Shown one piece after another: positions 1-8,391 of a DNA stretch of 64,000 nucleotides. Both the position numbers and the translations under genes were made by a program. Source of the stretch: an uncultured Chloroflexia bacterium (GTDB lineage: Bacteria > Chloroflexota > Anaerolineae > JAAEKA01). The stretch spans positions 133,790-197,789 of the forward strand of contig CAVPPH010000009.1 in the NCBI GenBank assembly GCA_963707275.1. Direction: 5' to 3'. The stretch's first letter is position 1. Each line of letters starts with the position of its first letter. Below the pieces are notes generated by a model that saw nothing but the letters and a program-made list of their open reading frames with translations, did not search any database and was not told where the DNA came from.

Positions 1-874
1 CTGCGCGGCCTGGAAGGACGCGACGCCGAAGCCATGACGGTCTGCCAGGGACAGAGCGAGACCATCGTCCGTGAACTGCGTCTGGCGGCGACAGTGGGCG
101 TGGCGGTCAACAAGTTCAGCGCCGAGGCGGCCTCGCTGAGCATCGGCCTGAACCGCATTCTGGTGCTGACGGCCGGCACGGAGCGGGCTTTTCTGGGCGG
201 CTTTCCCGTGTCGCTGCTGCCGGTGGGCGAGGAGGCGCAGCGGCGTTTGCAACTGTTTGGCCTGCGCCGGCTGGGAGAGTTTGCCCGGCTGCCGCCGGCC
301 GCAGTGCTGGCCCAGTTTGGCTGGGAAGGGCAGCGGGCGCACCGGCTGGCGCGCGGCCAGGACGACCGGCTGGTGGCGCCTGGCCAGAGCGAACGCAGCG
401 AAGCAGCGGAACAGCAGTTCGATCCGCCGCTGGACAATCTGGAGATCGCTGGTCGCGGCCGCAGCGCGACTGGTGGCAACAGGCTGGCGAGCCGGCTGGA
501 TGCAGGCATTTCTGCGCGCGGGCCGGTTGTCGGTCGAGGTCACCTGCGCTGATGGCGCCTTTCTGGCGGCTGAGCGTTTGCTGGCCGAGGCGACGGCTGA
601 TACCGGCCGGCTCAGCCGGCTGGCGGAGACGCTGCTGCGGTCGTTGCGTTACAGCGACCGGGTCGAGGCGCTGGCGGTGACGTTGAGCGACCTGAGCGCG
701 CCGTCGATGCACCAGCTCAGTCTGTGGCACAACCCGCAGGAGCAGGAGGCTGAGGCGCATCTGCGCCGGCTGGAGGCGCGCTACGGGACAGACTGCTTTC
801 AGCGCGGCGTGCTGGTGGCGCCCGACCACCGGCTGGCCGCGCGGCGCTATGTCAGGACGCGCTGGCGGGCGTGA
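1..874 (+). pseudogene. imuB: ImuB-like Y-family DNA polymerase. The 5' end lies outside the window and the frame is interrupted once (~440-520).
   Basis: ORFs 34-552 and 257-874 read as one DinB/ImuB-type protein (FLGGFPVSLLPVGEEAQRRLQLFGLRRLGEFARLP ... SDLSAPSMHQLSLW). The frame moves 1->2, which behaves as a +1 insertion. It lies directly upstream of dnaE2. Confidence 0.7.
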
Positions 875-1016
875 CAGGGTGACAGGGTGACGGTGCGGTA
901 GTTCGGTAGTGCGATAGTTCGTTAGTTTGGCTGTAGGTAACCCGGTTGCTCTTCTACATTCTGCTTTCCGACCTCCGACCTCTGCTCTCCGACTTCTGGC
1001 CTCTGACCTCTGCTCC
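871..1016. repeat. Degenerate tandem arrays: 8-mers (GTGACAGG / GGTAGTTC type, 871-934), then 7 heptamers (CCGACCT / CTGCTCT type, 968-1016)
   Basis: Manual phasing holds period 8 and then period 7 with no slippage. The array begins in the imuB stop codon and ends 2 nt before the ATG at 1019. Confidence 0.8.
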
Positions 1017-1018
1017 CC

Positions 1019-1270
1019 ATGACTCAAATCTGGCCGGAAGGCGCGCCCGTCGATGTTGAGACTGCGGATGGGCTGCCGATCGCTTTTCGCTGGCAACAGC
1101 GGCAACGGGTGCAGACCATCGTCGAGCAATGGATTGTCCACGACGAGTGGTGGCGGGACGAGATCTGGCGGCACTACTACCAGATCGAGACCGCCAGCGC
1201 GCTGTTGTGCGTCCTGTATCGCGATCTTCTGACCGGCGCCTGGTTCCTGGAACGAATCGATTACGATTAG
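1019..1270 (+). CDS. Small Trp-rich hypothetical protein (83 aa) between imuB and dnaE2
   Basis: Intact ORF in a conserved-looking position inside the cassette. From memory it resembles the small DUF6504-type proteins found next to imuB/dnaE2, which I cannot verify here. No Shine-Dalgarno is visible. Confidence 0.55.
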   Translation: MTQIWPEGAPVDVETADGLPIAFRWQQRQRVQTIVEQWIVHDEWWRDEIWRHYYQIETASALLCVLYRDLLTGAWFLERIDYD

Positions 1271-1527
1271 GCGCCACCTGCGACCTGCCACTTGCCACTC
1301 TCTTGTATATCGAACTTCATTGTCACTCCTGTTTCTCACTGCTGGACGGCGTCTCCCGGCCCGAGGCGCTGGCGGCACGCGCTGCCGCGCTGGAGATGCC
1401 CGCGCTGGCGTTGACCGACCACGACGCGCTGTATGGTGCGGTGGCCTTCTGGCGCGCCGCGAGGGAAGCGGGGGTGAAGCCGGTGTTTGGGGTGGAGATG
1501 ACGGTGGAGGATGTTCTGCCTCGGCGG

Positions 1528-1663
1528 GGAGTCGCGCTTACGAGGGGGTCTCACCCTCACCCCAGCCCTCTCCCTCAGGGAGAGGGAGCCAGTAGTCCGG
1601 TTCCCCTTTCCCTCGGGGGGAGAGGGGCCAGGGGTGAGGGGCGGGCGCACTTTCACGCGACTC
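1528..1663. repeat. GC-rich compound palindromic (MITE/REP-like) element inserted in frame in the dnaE2 PHP domain
   Basis: Outer inverted repeat GAGTCGCG (1529-1536) / CGCGACTC (1656-1663). Inner arms are CCCTCTCCCT/AGGGAGAGGG and TCACCCCAGCCCTCTCCC / GGGAGAGGGGCCAGGGGTGA. It is translated as RGSHPHPSPLPQGEGASSPVPLSLGGRGARGEG. Confidence 0.7.
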
Positions 1664-2790
1664 TCCTTGCCGAGGATGATACCGGCTATGCCAGCCTCAG
1701 CAAGCTCGTCACCGCGGCGCGTATGCGTTGCCAGAAGGGAGAGGCGCTGGCTACTTGGGACGATCTGGCGCAGTACAGCACGGGGGTGATCGCACTGACT
1801 GGCTGCCGGCAAGGCATTGTGGCGCAGCATCTGCTGGCAAGGGACGAGGTCGGAGCGCTGCGGGTCGCACAGGATCTGCGATCGCTCTTCGGCAAAGATC
1901 GCTTTTTCGTCGAGCTTCAGCGCCAGCTACAGCCTGGCGATGAGCGGTTGGTGCAGGGGCTGCTGCGGGTGGCAGAGCAGGCAGGCGCGCCGGTGGTGGC
2001 TACCAACAACGTCCACTATGCCGAGCGGGCCGGCCACCGCTTGCACGACGTGCTGACCGCGATCCGCAGCCATGCCACGCTGGACGCCAGCGCCATGCAG
2101 CGGCGCGGCAACAGCGAGGCGTATCTCAAGAGCGCTGCTGAGATGGCGCGCCTTTTCGCTGACAGGCCCGATGCGCTGCGGCGGACAGTCGAGATCGCCG
2201 AACGCTGCAACGTCACCATGCGCCGCGGCGTGCAGGACCTGCCGCTGTTTCACACCGGACCAGTATCACAGCAGGAGTATCTGCGCTCACTTTGCCGGCA
2301 AGCGTTGGCAGAACGCTATGGCCCTGATCCCGCTGAACGTGTGCAACGGATGCTACAGCACGAGCTGGCAGTCATCGAGCAGCTTACGCTTACCAACTAC
2401 TTCCTGATCGTCTGGGACATCATGCGTTTTGCGCGCGAGCAGGGCATCCGCTGCCAGGGACGCGGTTCGGCAGCCAACTCGCTGGTGGCCTACCTGCTGG
2501 GCATCACGCCCATCGACCCGCTGGCGCACGATCTGGTCTTCGAGCGTTTTCTCTCAGCCGAACGGCCCACGACTCCTGACATCGACATCGACTTCCAGGC
2601 CGACCGGCGCGAGGAGGTGATTCAGTATATCTACGCGCGCTATGGCCGCGAGCATGCTGCGATGGCCTGCACCTTCGTCACCTACCGCCAGCGCAGCGCT
2701 GTGCGCGACGTGGCCAAGACGCTGGACTTCCCGTCCGACCTGATCGACGCGCTGGCCAATGCCGCTGACCGCCGCGGGCTGGCAGAGGCG

Positions 2791-2997
2791 TGGGGGGAGT
2801 TGTGGGGTGGAGGGGGGAAGGAGAGGGGGAGAGAGGGAGAGGAAGGGAAAGGAAGGAAAGGAAACAATGCTGGTGTTGTCAGTGTGTCCAAAACTAACCA
2901 TTCACCATCCACCATTCACCATTCACCAATTTCCCAACCCAGCCCCCAGCCCCCAATCCCCAATCCCCAGTCCCTACCCCCCACCCCCCACCCCCCG
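2791..2997. repeat. Composite insertion in dnaE2: purine-rich arm (2791-2868), short unique core, then 14 phased heptamers (ACCATTC x5, then CCAGCCC / CCAATCC / CCACCCC types, 2897-2994)
   Basis: Manual phasing holds period 7 for 98 nt. The G-rich left arm and C-rich right arm are partly complementary. It is translated in frame as GGGGKERGREGEEGKGRKG...HSPSTIHHSPISQPSPQPPIPNPQSLPPTPHPP. Confidence 0.8.
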
Positions 2998-3258
2998 CTC
3001 GACCGCCGCACGTGGCAATTGTTGCTGCATCTGTGTCAGGAGATCATGGGGCTGCCGCGCCATTTGGGGATTCACAACGGCGGGTTTGTGGTCAGCCGGC
3101 GGCCGCTGTCTGAGATCGCGCCGCTGGAACCGGCCAGCATGGACGCGCGCACGGTGGTGCAGTGGGACAAGGAGTCGCTGGAGGACGCGAGGTCTGGTCA
3201 AGATCGACGTGCTTGGGCTGCGGATGCTGTCGGTATTGGAGGAGACGGTGGGGTGGAT

Positions 3259-3335
3259 CGGGGAGGAAGCAGAGGAAGGAAAAGAGGGAAATGAGGGAAA
3301 GAAGGGGGAGAGGGGGAGAGAGGGGGGCGGAGAGA
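3259..3335. repeat. Near-pure purine tract (GGAAGG / GGGAGAG motifs) in frame in dnaE2
   Basis: About 77 nt with only about five pyrimidines. It encodes EEAEEGKEGNEGKKGERGREGGGERVRV between conserved DnaE blocks. Confidence 0.7.
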
Positions 3336-4242
3336 GAGTGAGAGTTGAACTGGACCGGCTGACGTTCGACGATCCGGCGGTGTATGCGATGCTGTCGCAG
3401 GGTGACACGGTGGGGGTGTTTCAGGTCGAGTCGCGCGCGCAGGCGCAGTTGCTGCCCCGGATGCGGCCACGCAACTTTGCCGACCTGGTGGTGGAGATCA
3501 GTCTGATCCGCCCGGGTCCGGTCCAGGCTGGCATGGTGCATCCCTACCTGCGGCGGCGGCTGGGCGAGGAGCCGGTCACCTATCTGCACCCTTCGCTGGA
3601 GCCAGCCCTGCGCGACACGCTGGGTGTGGTTATCTTCCAGGAGCAGGTGCTGAAGGTGGCGCAGGCGCTGGCCGGCTTCAGCGGCGGTCAAGGTGAGCTG
3701 TTGCGCCGGGCGCTGGGCCGCAAGGATGGCGACGCGGAGATGGCGCGCCTGCAGCAGGTGTTTGTGGCGGGCGCAACGCAGCGGGGCGTGTCCACGGCCG
3801 TGGCCGAGCAAGTGTTTCGGCAACTGGAAGCCTTCGGCAGTTACTCCTTTGCCAAGAGCCATGCAGCCGCGTTCGCCGTCATCGTCTACCAGTCGGCCTG
3901 GCTGAAGCGCACCCATCCTGTGCCTTTCTACGTCGCACTGCTCAACAACCAGCCCATGGGGTTTTGGAGCCAGTGCGGTGCTGGTCAACGACGCCCGCCA
4001 CCACGGGATCGCGATCCTGCCGGCCGATGTCAACGAAAGCGCAGTGCACTACGTACCGGAAGACCGGAGCATCCGTATCGGCCTGGCGATGGTCAAGAGA
4101 CTGGGCGAGATCGGCGCCGAGCGCATCGTTGCTGCCCGCGCGGATCGTCCGTTTACGTCGCTGCTGGATTTCTGCCGGCGCACCCGGCTGCCGCGCTTGC
4201 TGGTCGAGAATTTGATCGTGGCGGGGGCGTTGGACGAGGTTG

Positions 4243-4322
4243 AGAACAGGGGAGGAGAAGGGAAAGGAAGGAAAGGATCAGAGGAGAGGGCGAGAGGGCG
4301 AGAGGGAGAGGGGAGGCGGGGG
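4243..4322. repeat. Purine tract with phased 8-mers (GAGGGCGA x2, GAGGGAGA, GGGGAGGC) in frame in dnaE2
   Basis: Encodes ENRGGEGKGRKGSEERARGREGEGRRG. It shares GGAAAGGAAGGAAAGGA with the 2840-2865 tract. Confidence 0.7.
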
Positions 4323-4823
4323 TTGCTTTGGCAGCTTGGCTTGCTGCATTATGAGGAGGAGACGCTGTTGGTTGGGGAGAGACCGGAGCCTGCGCCTGAG
4401 GAACTGCCGCCCTTGCAGCCGTTGGAGGCCATGGCCGGCGAACTGCGCGTCATGGGCGTGTCAGCCGGCGAGCATGTGATGACGTTTCACCGCGAGGCTG
4501 TGCGCAAGGCCGGCATGTTGAGCAGCCGTGACCTGGCACAGTGCCGCGAGGGCGCGCTGGTCTGGGTAGCCGGGCAGGTAACGGTCATCCAGTCGCCGCC
4601 GACTGCCAAAGGTTTTATGTTCGTCACGCTGGAGGACGAGTTCAGCATGATGAACATCATCGTCGCGCCGGATATCGTCGCCAGATACCGGCGCATCTGG
4701 CGTCACTCACCGCTGCTGGCCGTGCAGGGGCGCGTCCAGCGCCAGGGACCGGTGATCAACCTGCTGGCAGTCCGACCATGGCGCTGGCGCGACCGTGGCG
4801 GCTGAGCTTCCCAGTTGGATATC

Positions 4824-4858
4824 CCAAAAAAACAAAGCCGGCTTCCACAGGAAGCCGG
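4824..4858 (-). terminator. Rho-independent terminator ending the minus-strand tRNA pair
   Basis: 9-bp stem CCGGCTTCC/GGAAGCCGG (4838-4846 / 4850-4858) with a 3-nt loop. On the minus strand it is followed by CTTTGTTTTTTTGGG. Confidence 0.75.
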
Positions 4859-4872
4859 ATCTTCGATCAGTG

Positions 4873-4947
4873 TGGCGACGGGTGGGCTCGAACCACCGAC
4901 CTAGAGATTATGAAGTCCCTCGCTCTGGCCGCCTGAGCTACGTCGCC
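4873..4947 (-). tRNA. tRNA with CAU anticodon (elongator Met or Ile2) and an apparent 8-nt anticodon loop
   Basis: Reverse complement is GGCGACGTAGCTCAGGCGGCCAGAGCGAGGGACTTCATAATCTCTAGGTCGGTGGTTCGAGCCCACCCGTCGCCA. Acceptor, D and T arms are clean. The anticodon stem AGGGA/TCTCT encloses CTTCATAA, which is one T too many. Confidence 0.8.
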
Positions 4948-4953
4948 ATATGC

Positions 4954-4984
4954 AGATGGCTGACAGGGAGCCTGTCAGCCATCT
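4954..4984. other. Perfect 14-bp hairpin between the two tRNA genes
   Basis: AGATGGCTGACAGG - GAG - CCTGTCAGCCATCT. There is no U-tract, so it may be a processing or structural element. Confidence 0.6.
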
Positions 4985-4989
4985 TTAGG

Positions 4990-5061
4990 TAGCGGGGGCA
5001 GGACTCGAACCTGCGGCCTTCGGGTTATGAGCCCGACGAGCTGCCACTGCTCCACCCCGCA
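4990..5061 (-). tRNA. Initiator tRNA-fMet (CAU)
   Basis: Aligns by eye to the bacterial initiator layout. The anticodon arm TCGGGCTCATAACCCGA has the three G-C pairs, the T arm is GCAGGTTCGAGTCCTGC, and positions 1:72 are mismatched (T:T). Confidence 0.85.
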
Positions 5062-5102
5062 TCACTTCAAGCTATTATACGCAGTTTCACGAGCGAGTCA
5101 AA

Positions 5103-5489
5103 CTACTGGGGGCCGAAGAATCGCTGCTGCCACTGTTGCCAGTAGGGCGCTGGCTCGACCGGCGCCGGCGCATTGGCGACCAGCGGGTCATCGTTGCGTC
5201 CGATCACCCAGACTGCAACCTCGTTGGGAAAGCCCCAGCCCAGGTCGCGATGCGCTCGTTCGATGACGTACTGGTCGGTCTTGACGTACTCGCGGTAGTC
5301 GCGATTGCGCTCAACCTGTTGCTGAGCGAGCTTGACCTCGTTCTGCCACATGTCCACCTCAGCCTGTAGCTCGCGCGCCTTGATCACCCGATTGGTGTAG
5401 CCAAACATGAACAGCGTCACGAAGACTATCACCACGGCGACGGCGACTTGCAGGGGATTGAGATGGAGGCGGGCTGGTTTCTTGGGCAC
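5103..5489 (-). CDS. Septum formation initiator family protein (FtsB/DivIC-like)
   Basis: 128 aa. It has an N-terminal TM segment, a coiled coil, and a DQYVIERAHRDLGWGFPNEV motif. Confidence 0.7.
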   Translation of the reverse strand: MPKKPARLHLNPLQVAVAVVIVFVTLFMFGYTNRVIKARELQAEVDMWQNEVKLAQQQVERNRDYREYVKTDQYVIERAHRDLGWGFPNEVAVWVIGRNDDPLVANAPAPVEPAPYWQQWQQRFFGPQ

Positions 5490-5566
5490 AGGTCCCTCCG
5501 CGCAGCGTTAACCCTGAGATGGCAAGTCCCAGATGACTGTCATCTGGGACTTCTACGTTGATCTTC

Positions 5567-5653
<87 letters not shown>

Positions 5654-5709
5654 TTGATGAATGCAATTCTACCATTCACGGTCTGCTTTGTCAAACCAGT
5701 TTCACAGGT

Positions 5710-7360
5710 TCATTGACCATCGCTGGCTGGCATCTGGTCTGTCAGCATATACCAGCGGTCCGCCGTGCGGAAGCGTTCCCACGGTTCGTTCAACCGGCCC
5801 ACCGTCACGTCGTGGACGGCGTCACTGACGCCGTAGTTGTAGACCTCGAAATATAGCGGCAGAGCCGGCAGTTCATCGGCAAACAGCCGCTGGAACTCGG
5901 TGTAGAGCTGGATTCGGCGCCCCTGGTCGGTGGTCGAGCGACCTTCCTCCATCAGCTCATCTGCCGCGGCGATTGCTCCAGCCGGTGTAGTTCTGCCCGT
6001 TGGTGATCTGCGTCGAGTGCCAGATGGGGTAGGGATCAGGGTCGCCGGCCAGTTGCCAGTGGGTAATGGCGGCCTGAAAATTGCGCTGGCTCAGGTGATC
6101 GGTGGCCAGGCTGACCAGGTTGACCTCCTGCGGTTTGGCCCACACGCCGATGGCCTTCCACTGTTCTGCCAGTGCGGTCAGCAGGACGGGATCGTCCCCT
6201 AGCAGCGTGAAGGAAAGACTGAAATCGCCCCGGTCGCGCACGCCGTCGCCATCGCTGTCCACCCAGCCCGCCTCGGTGAGCAATTCGTTGGCCTGGGCGA
6301 CGTCGGTGGCCGGGCGAGGCGGCGCGGCGTAGGCCCATGTGCCCGGCATGATCGGCCCGTCAGCCGGGATGGCCTGGCCGTTGACGACGGTTTCCAGCAG
6401 CGATGGCACGTCCAGCGCCAGTCCCAGCGCCTGCCGCACCGGCTTTTCAGCCAGGAAGGCGACATTGGGATCGGTGAGGTTGAAGAAGAGCAGCGTTTCG
6501 TTGGCCAGGGGCGCGGACAGGACCTCCATCGTATCGCTGGCCTGGGCGGCGGGCAGGTCTTGCGGCAGGATGCGGCTGACCCCGTCCACTTCGCCGGCCT
6601 GAAATGCGGCGAACGCACTGGCGTAGTCCGGGTAGAAGCGAAACTCCATCCCGTCCAGTAGCGGTGCAACGCCGTTCCAGTAAGGGCTTGGCTCAAGCCG
6701 CGCGCCCAACGCGTTGATCTCGCTCAGCCGCCACGGGCCGGTGCCCACCGGCTCCAGGTTCAGCATCGACTGAGGCATGTCGGCCACCGCCACGTTCTTC
6801 CAGAGATGCTCAGGCAACATGCCGATGGTGTTTTCCGACAGGAAGGAGGCCAGCGGCTGCTGCAGGCGGAAGCGGACCGTTGTCTCGTCCACCTTCTCGG
6901 CGGTGACACTGCTCCAGAGCTGTGACAGGTAGGTAGACGCCGGCTGGCCGGCCTGCGCAAATTCCTGCGATTGGAGCACGCCTACGGTGAAGATCACGTC
7001 GTCAGCCGTGAAGGGTGCGCCATCGTGCCAGCGGGCATCGCTGCGCAGCTTGAAGGTGTATTCGGTCTGGTCGGGGCTGATCTCCCAGCTCCCCGCCAGT
7101 GCCGGAACCGGTTCGCCGCGTTCGTTGAGCGCGACAAGTCCCTGGAAGATCACGCCGGTCAGATCCCGGTCCAGGTCGTTGGCGAAGCTGAACAGTGGAT
7201 TGATGTTGCGCGGCAGACCTACAACTGCTTCGCGATACACCCCGCCTTTGGCGGGTGCAGCAACGGTTGTGATCTGGCGCGCGGTGGTGGTGAGGATGGC
7301 TGCAAGCAACAGGATGCCCAAAACGGCGATCACGGCTTGCCAGCGAATTGCCCGTCCCAA
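5710..7360 (-). pseudogene. ABC transporter substrate-binding protein, family 5 (peptide/nickel type), one +1 frame break (~5966)
   Basis: ORFs 5957-7360 and 5710-5952 join as ...NYTGWSN-R-AADELMEEGRSTTDQ once one C is removed from CGCCGCGG. It has an N-terminal signal anchor. Confidence 0.8.
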
Positions 7361-7440
7361 TGGCTTATCCCTAATACAGACAACGCCGCGTCAACACAGG
7401 GTGCGACGCGGCATAAGAAGCGAGTGCGGCTGATGGAAAA

Positions 7441-7659
7441 CTAGGCGACCGACACGGTGATCAAGGCGACCAGGAAGAAGACAGCGCTGACAGCCACGGT
7501 CAGATTGAAGAGCGTGCGCTCGAAACCGCGCTTGCTGGTTTTGAAGCTGGTATCGCCGCCGAACATGGCGCCCGCGCCCATGCCTTTTGCCTGTACAGTA
7601 ACCAGACCGATCAGCGTGATGCCAAGAATGATTTGAACGACGTAGAGAACTGATGTCAC
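7441..7659 (-). CDS. secG: Preprotein translocase subunit SecG
   Basis: 72 aa with two TM segments. The central motif is GMGAGAMFGG. Confidence 0.85.
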   Translation of the reverse strand: MTSVLYVVQIILGITLIGLVTVQAKGMGAGAMFGGDTSFKTSKRGFERTLFNLTVAVSAVFFLVALITVSVA

Positions 7660-7748
7660 GTTTTGTTTGCCTCCGAGTTAGCTGGCGAGGATTATAGCAC
7701 GACCGCTGCGCGCCGCAAAATGCAGCGGTCACCGTGGCGGCGGAAACA

Positions 7749-7835
7749 GTTGGTAGTAGGCGCTTCAGCGCCGTTTGAGGGCGCTGAAGCGCCTACTACC
7801 AACTGAACGGGCCAGCCGTGTACGGCTGGCCCGTT
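7749..7835 (-). terminator. Two back-to-back perfect hairpins downstream of the DUF1269 gene
   Basis: 24-bp stem GTTGGTAGTAGGCGCTTCAGCGCC / GGCGCTGAAGCGCCTACTACCAAC (7749-7803, 7-nt loop). 13-bp stem AACGGGCCAGCCG / CGGCTGGCCCGTT (7806-7835). No clear U-tract. Confidence 0.5.
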
Positions 7836-7857
7836 GTCAACTGTCGAAGATATGCAG

Positions 7858-8381
7858 TTACTCGTTGGCGTGGCCGACGTAGCTGCTGTAGAACTCGTCC
7901 ATGTCGGCTTCGGCTTCCTCGGTGATCTCGAATTCCAGCAACTCGCCGGGGCCTTGCTGAATCGAGGATCGGAGGAGATCCATATGTTCGGTCTTGATCT
8001 TGCCGAACACGGCTGCCTTGCCGGCATCGAGGCGACTCGCCAACCAACTCGATCCTCTCCTTGGAAATGCCGAAGTCGGCGGCCTTGCCGACGAACGCGC
8101 CGGCAACACCGCCCACCAGCTCCGGCCGCAATCGCCGCGCCGACCGGTCCGCCCAGCACTGCGCCGACCACGATGCCGATCGCGCCGCCGGCAATTGCGC
8201 CGCGCCGGGTGGTGAAGTCCTTGTATTCCTTGACGTGGACCTTGCCTTCCTGGTTCTTGGTGACTAGGACAGCGTCTTCGACTTCGATCAGATGGTCCTT
8301 CTCGGCCTTTTGCATCCGTTTGATGGCTGCGTTGGCTTCGTCCTCAGTGTTGAAGATGACGATACTGATAGTCGTACTCAT
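7858..8381 (-). pseudogene. DUF1269-type membrane protein, two +1 frame breaks
   Basis: N-terminus is MSTTISIVIFNTEDEANAAIKRMQKAEKDHLIEVEDAVLV...GAIAGGAIGIVVGAVLGG. It continues in two further frames, ending ...EFEITEEAEADMDEFYSSYVGHANE. Confidence 0.7.
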
Positions 8382-8391
8382 GGTCTGCTCC

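Larger units (their letters stand above)
1303..4805 (+). pseudogene. dnaE2: Error-prone DNA polymerase DnaE2 (Pol III alpha family) with two +1 frame breaks (~3190 and ~3971-3977) and four in-frame low-complexity insertions
   Basis: ORFs 1129-3294, 2759-4243 and 3978-4805 join into one DnaE. Motifs include the PHP N-terminus YIELHCHSCFSLLDG, GLVKIDVLGLRMLSVL, FQVESRAQ, SLIRPGP, FQEQV and FAKSHAAAF, plus a C-terminal OB region. TTG 1303 gives M-YIELHCHS. Confidence 0.85.

Noticed and set aside
116-1378. 420 aa minus-strand ORF overlapping imuB and the small ORF. Similar long antisense ORFs occur at 11680-13305 (+), 16260-17192 (+), 20392-21303 (-), 21749-22840 (+), 24432-26174 (-), 36734-37723 (-) and 49091-49933 (-).
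   Set aside because: They lie antisense to genes with clear family signatures. Their translations are Arg/Ala/Pro/Gly-rich, low-complexity shadows, typical of stop-poor frames in very GC-rich DNA.
2791-2997. Insertions in dnaE2 and dnaE as inteins or intein remnants
   Set aside because: They are only about 25-65 aa long and are low-complexity and repeat-derived. They lack Hint/splicing block motifs (no Cys/Ser...His-Asn-Cys junctions).
3185-3195. Programmed +1 ribosomal frameshifting in the polymerase genes
   Set aside because: No slippery or shifty motif is shared among the sites. The same kind of break hits about 20 unrelated genes, including glyA and cysS, which is not compatible with programmed recoding.
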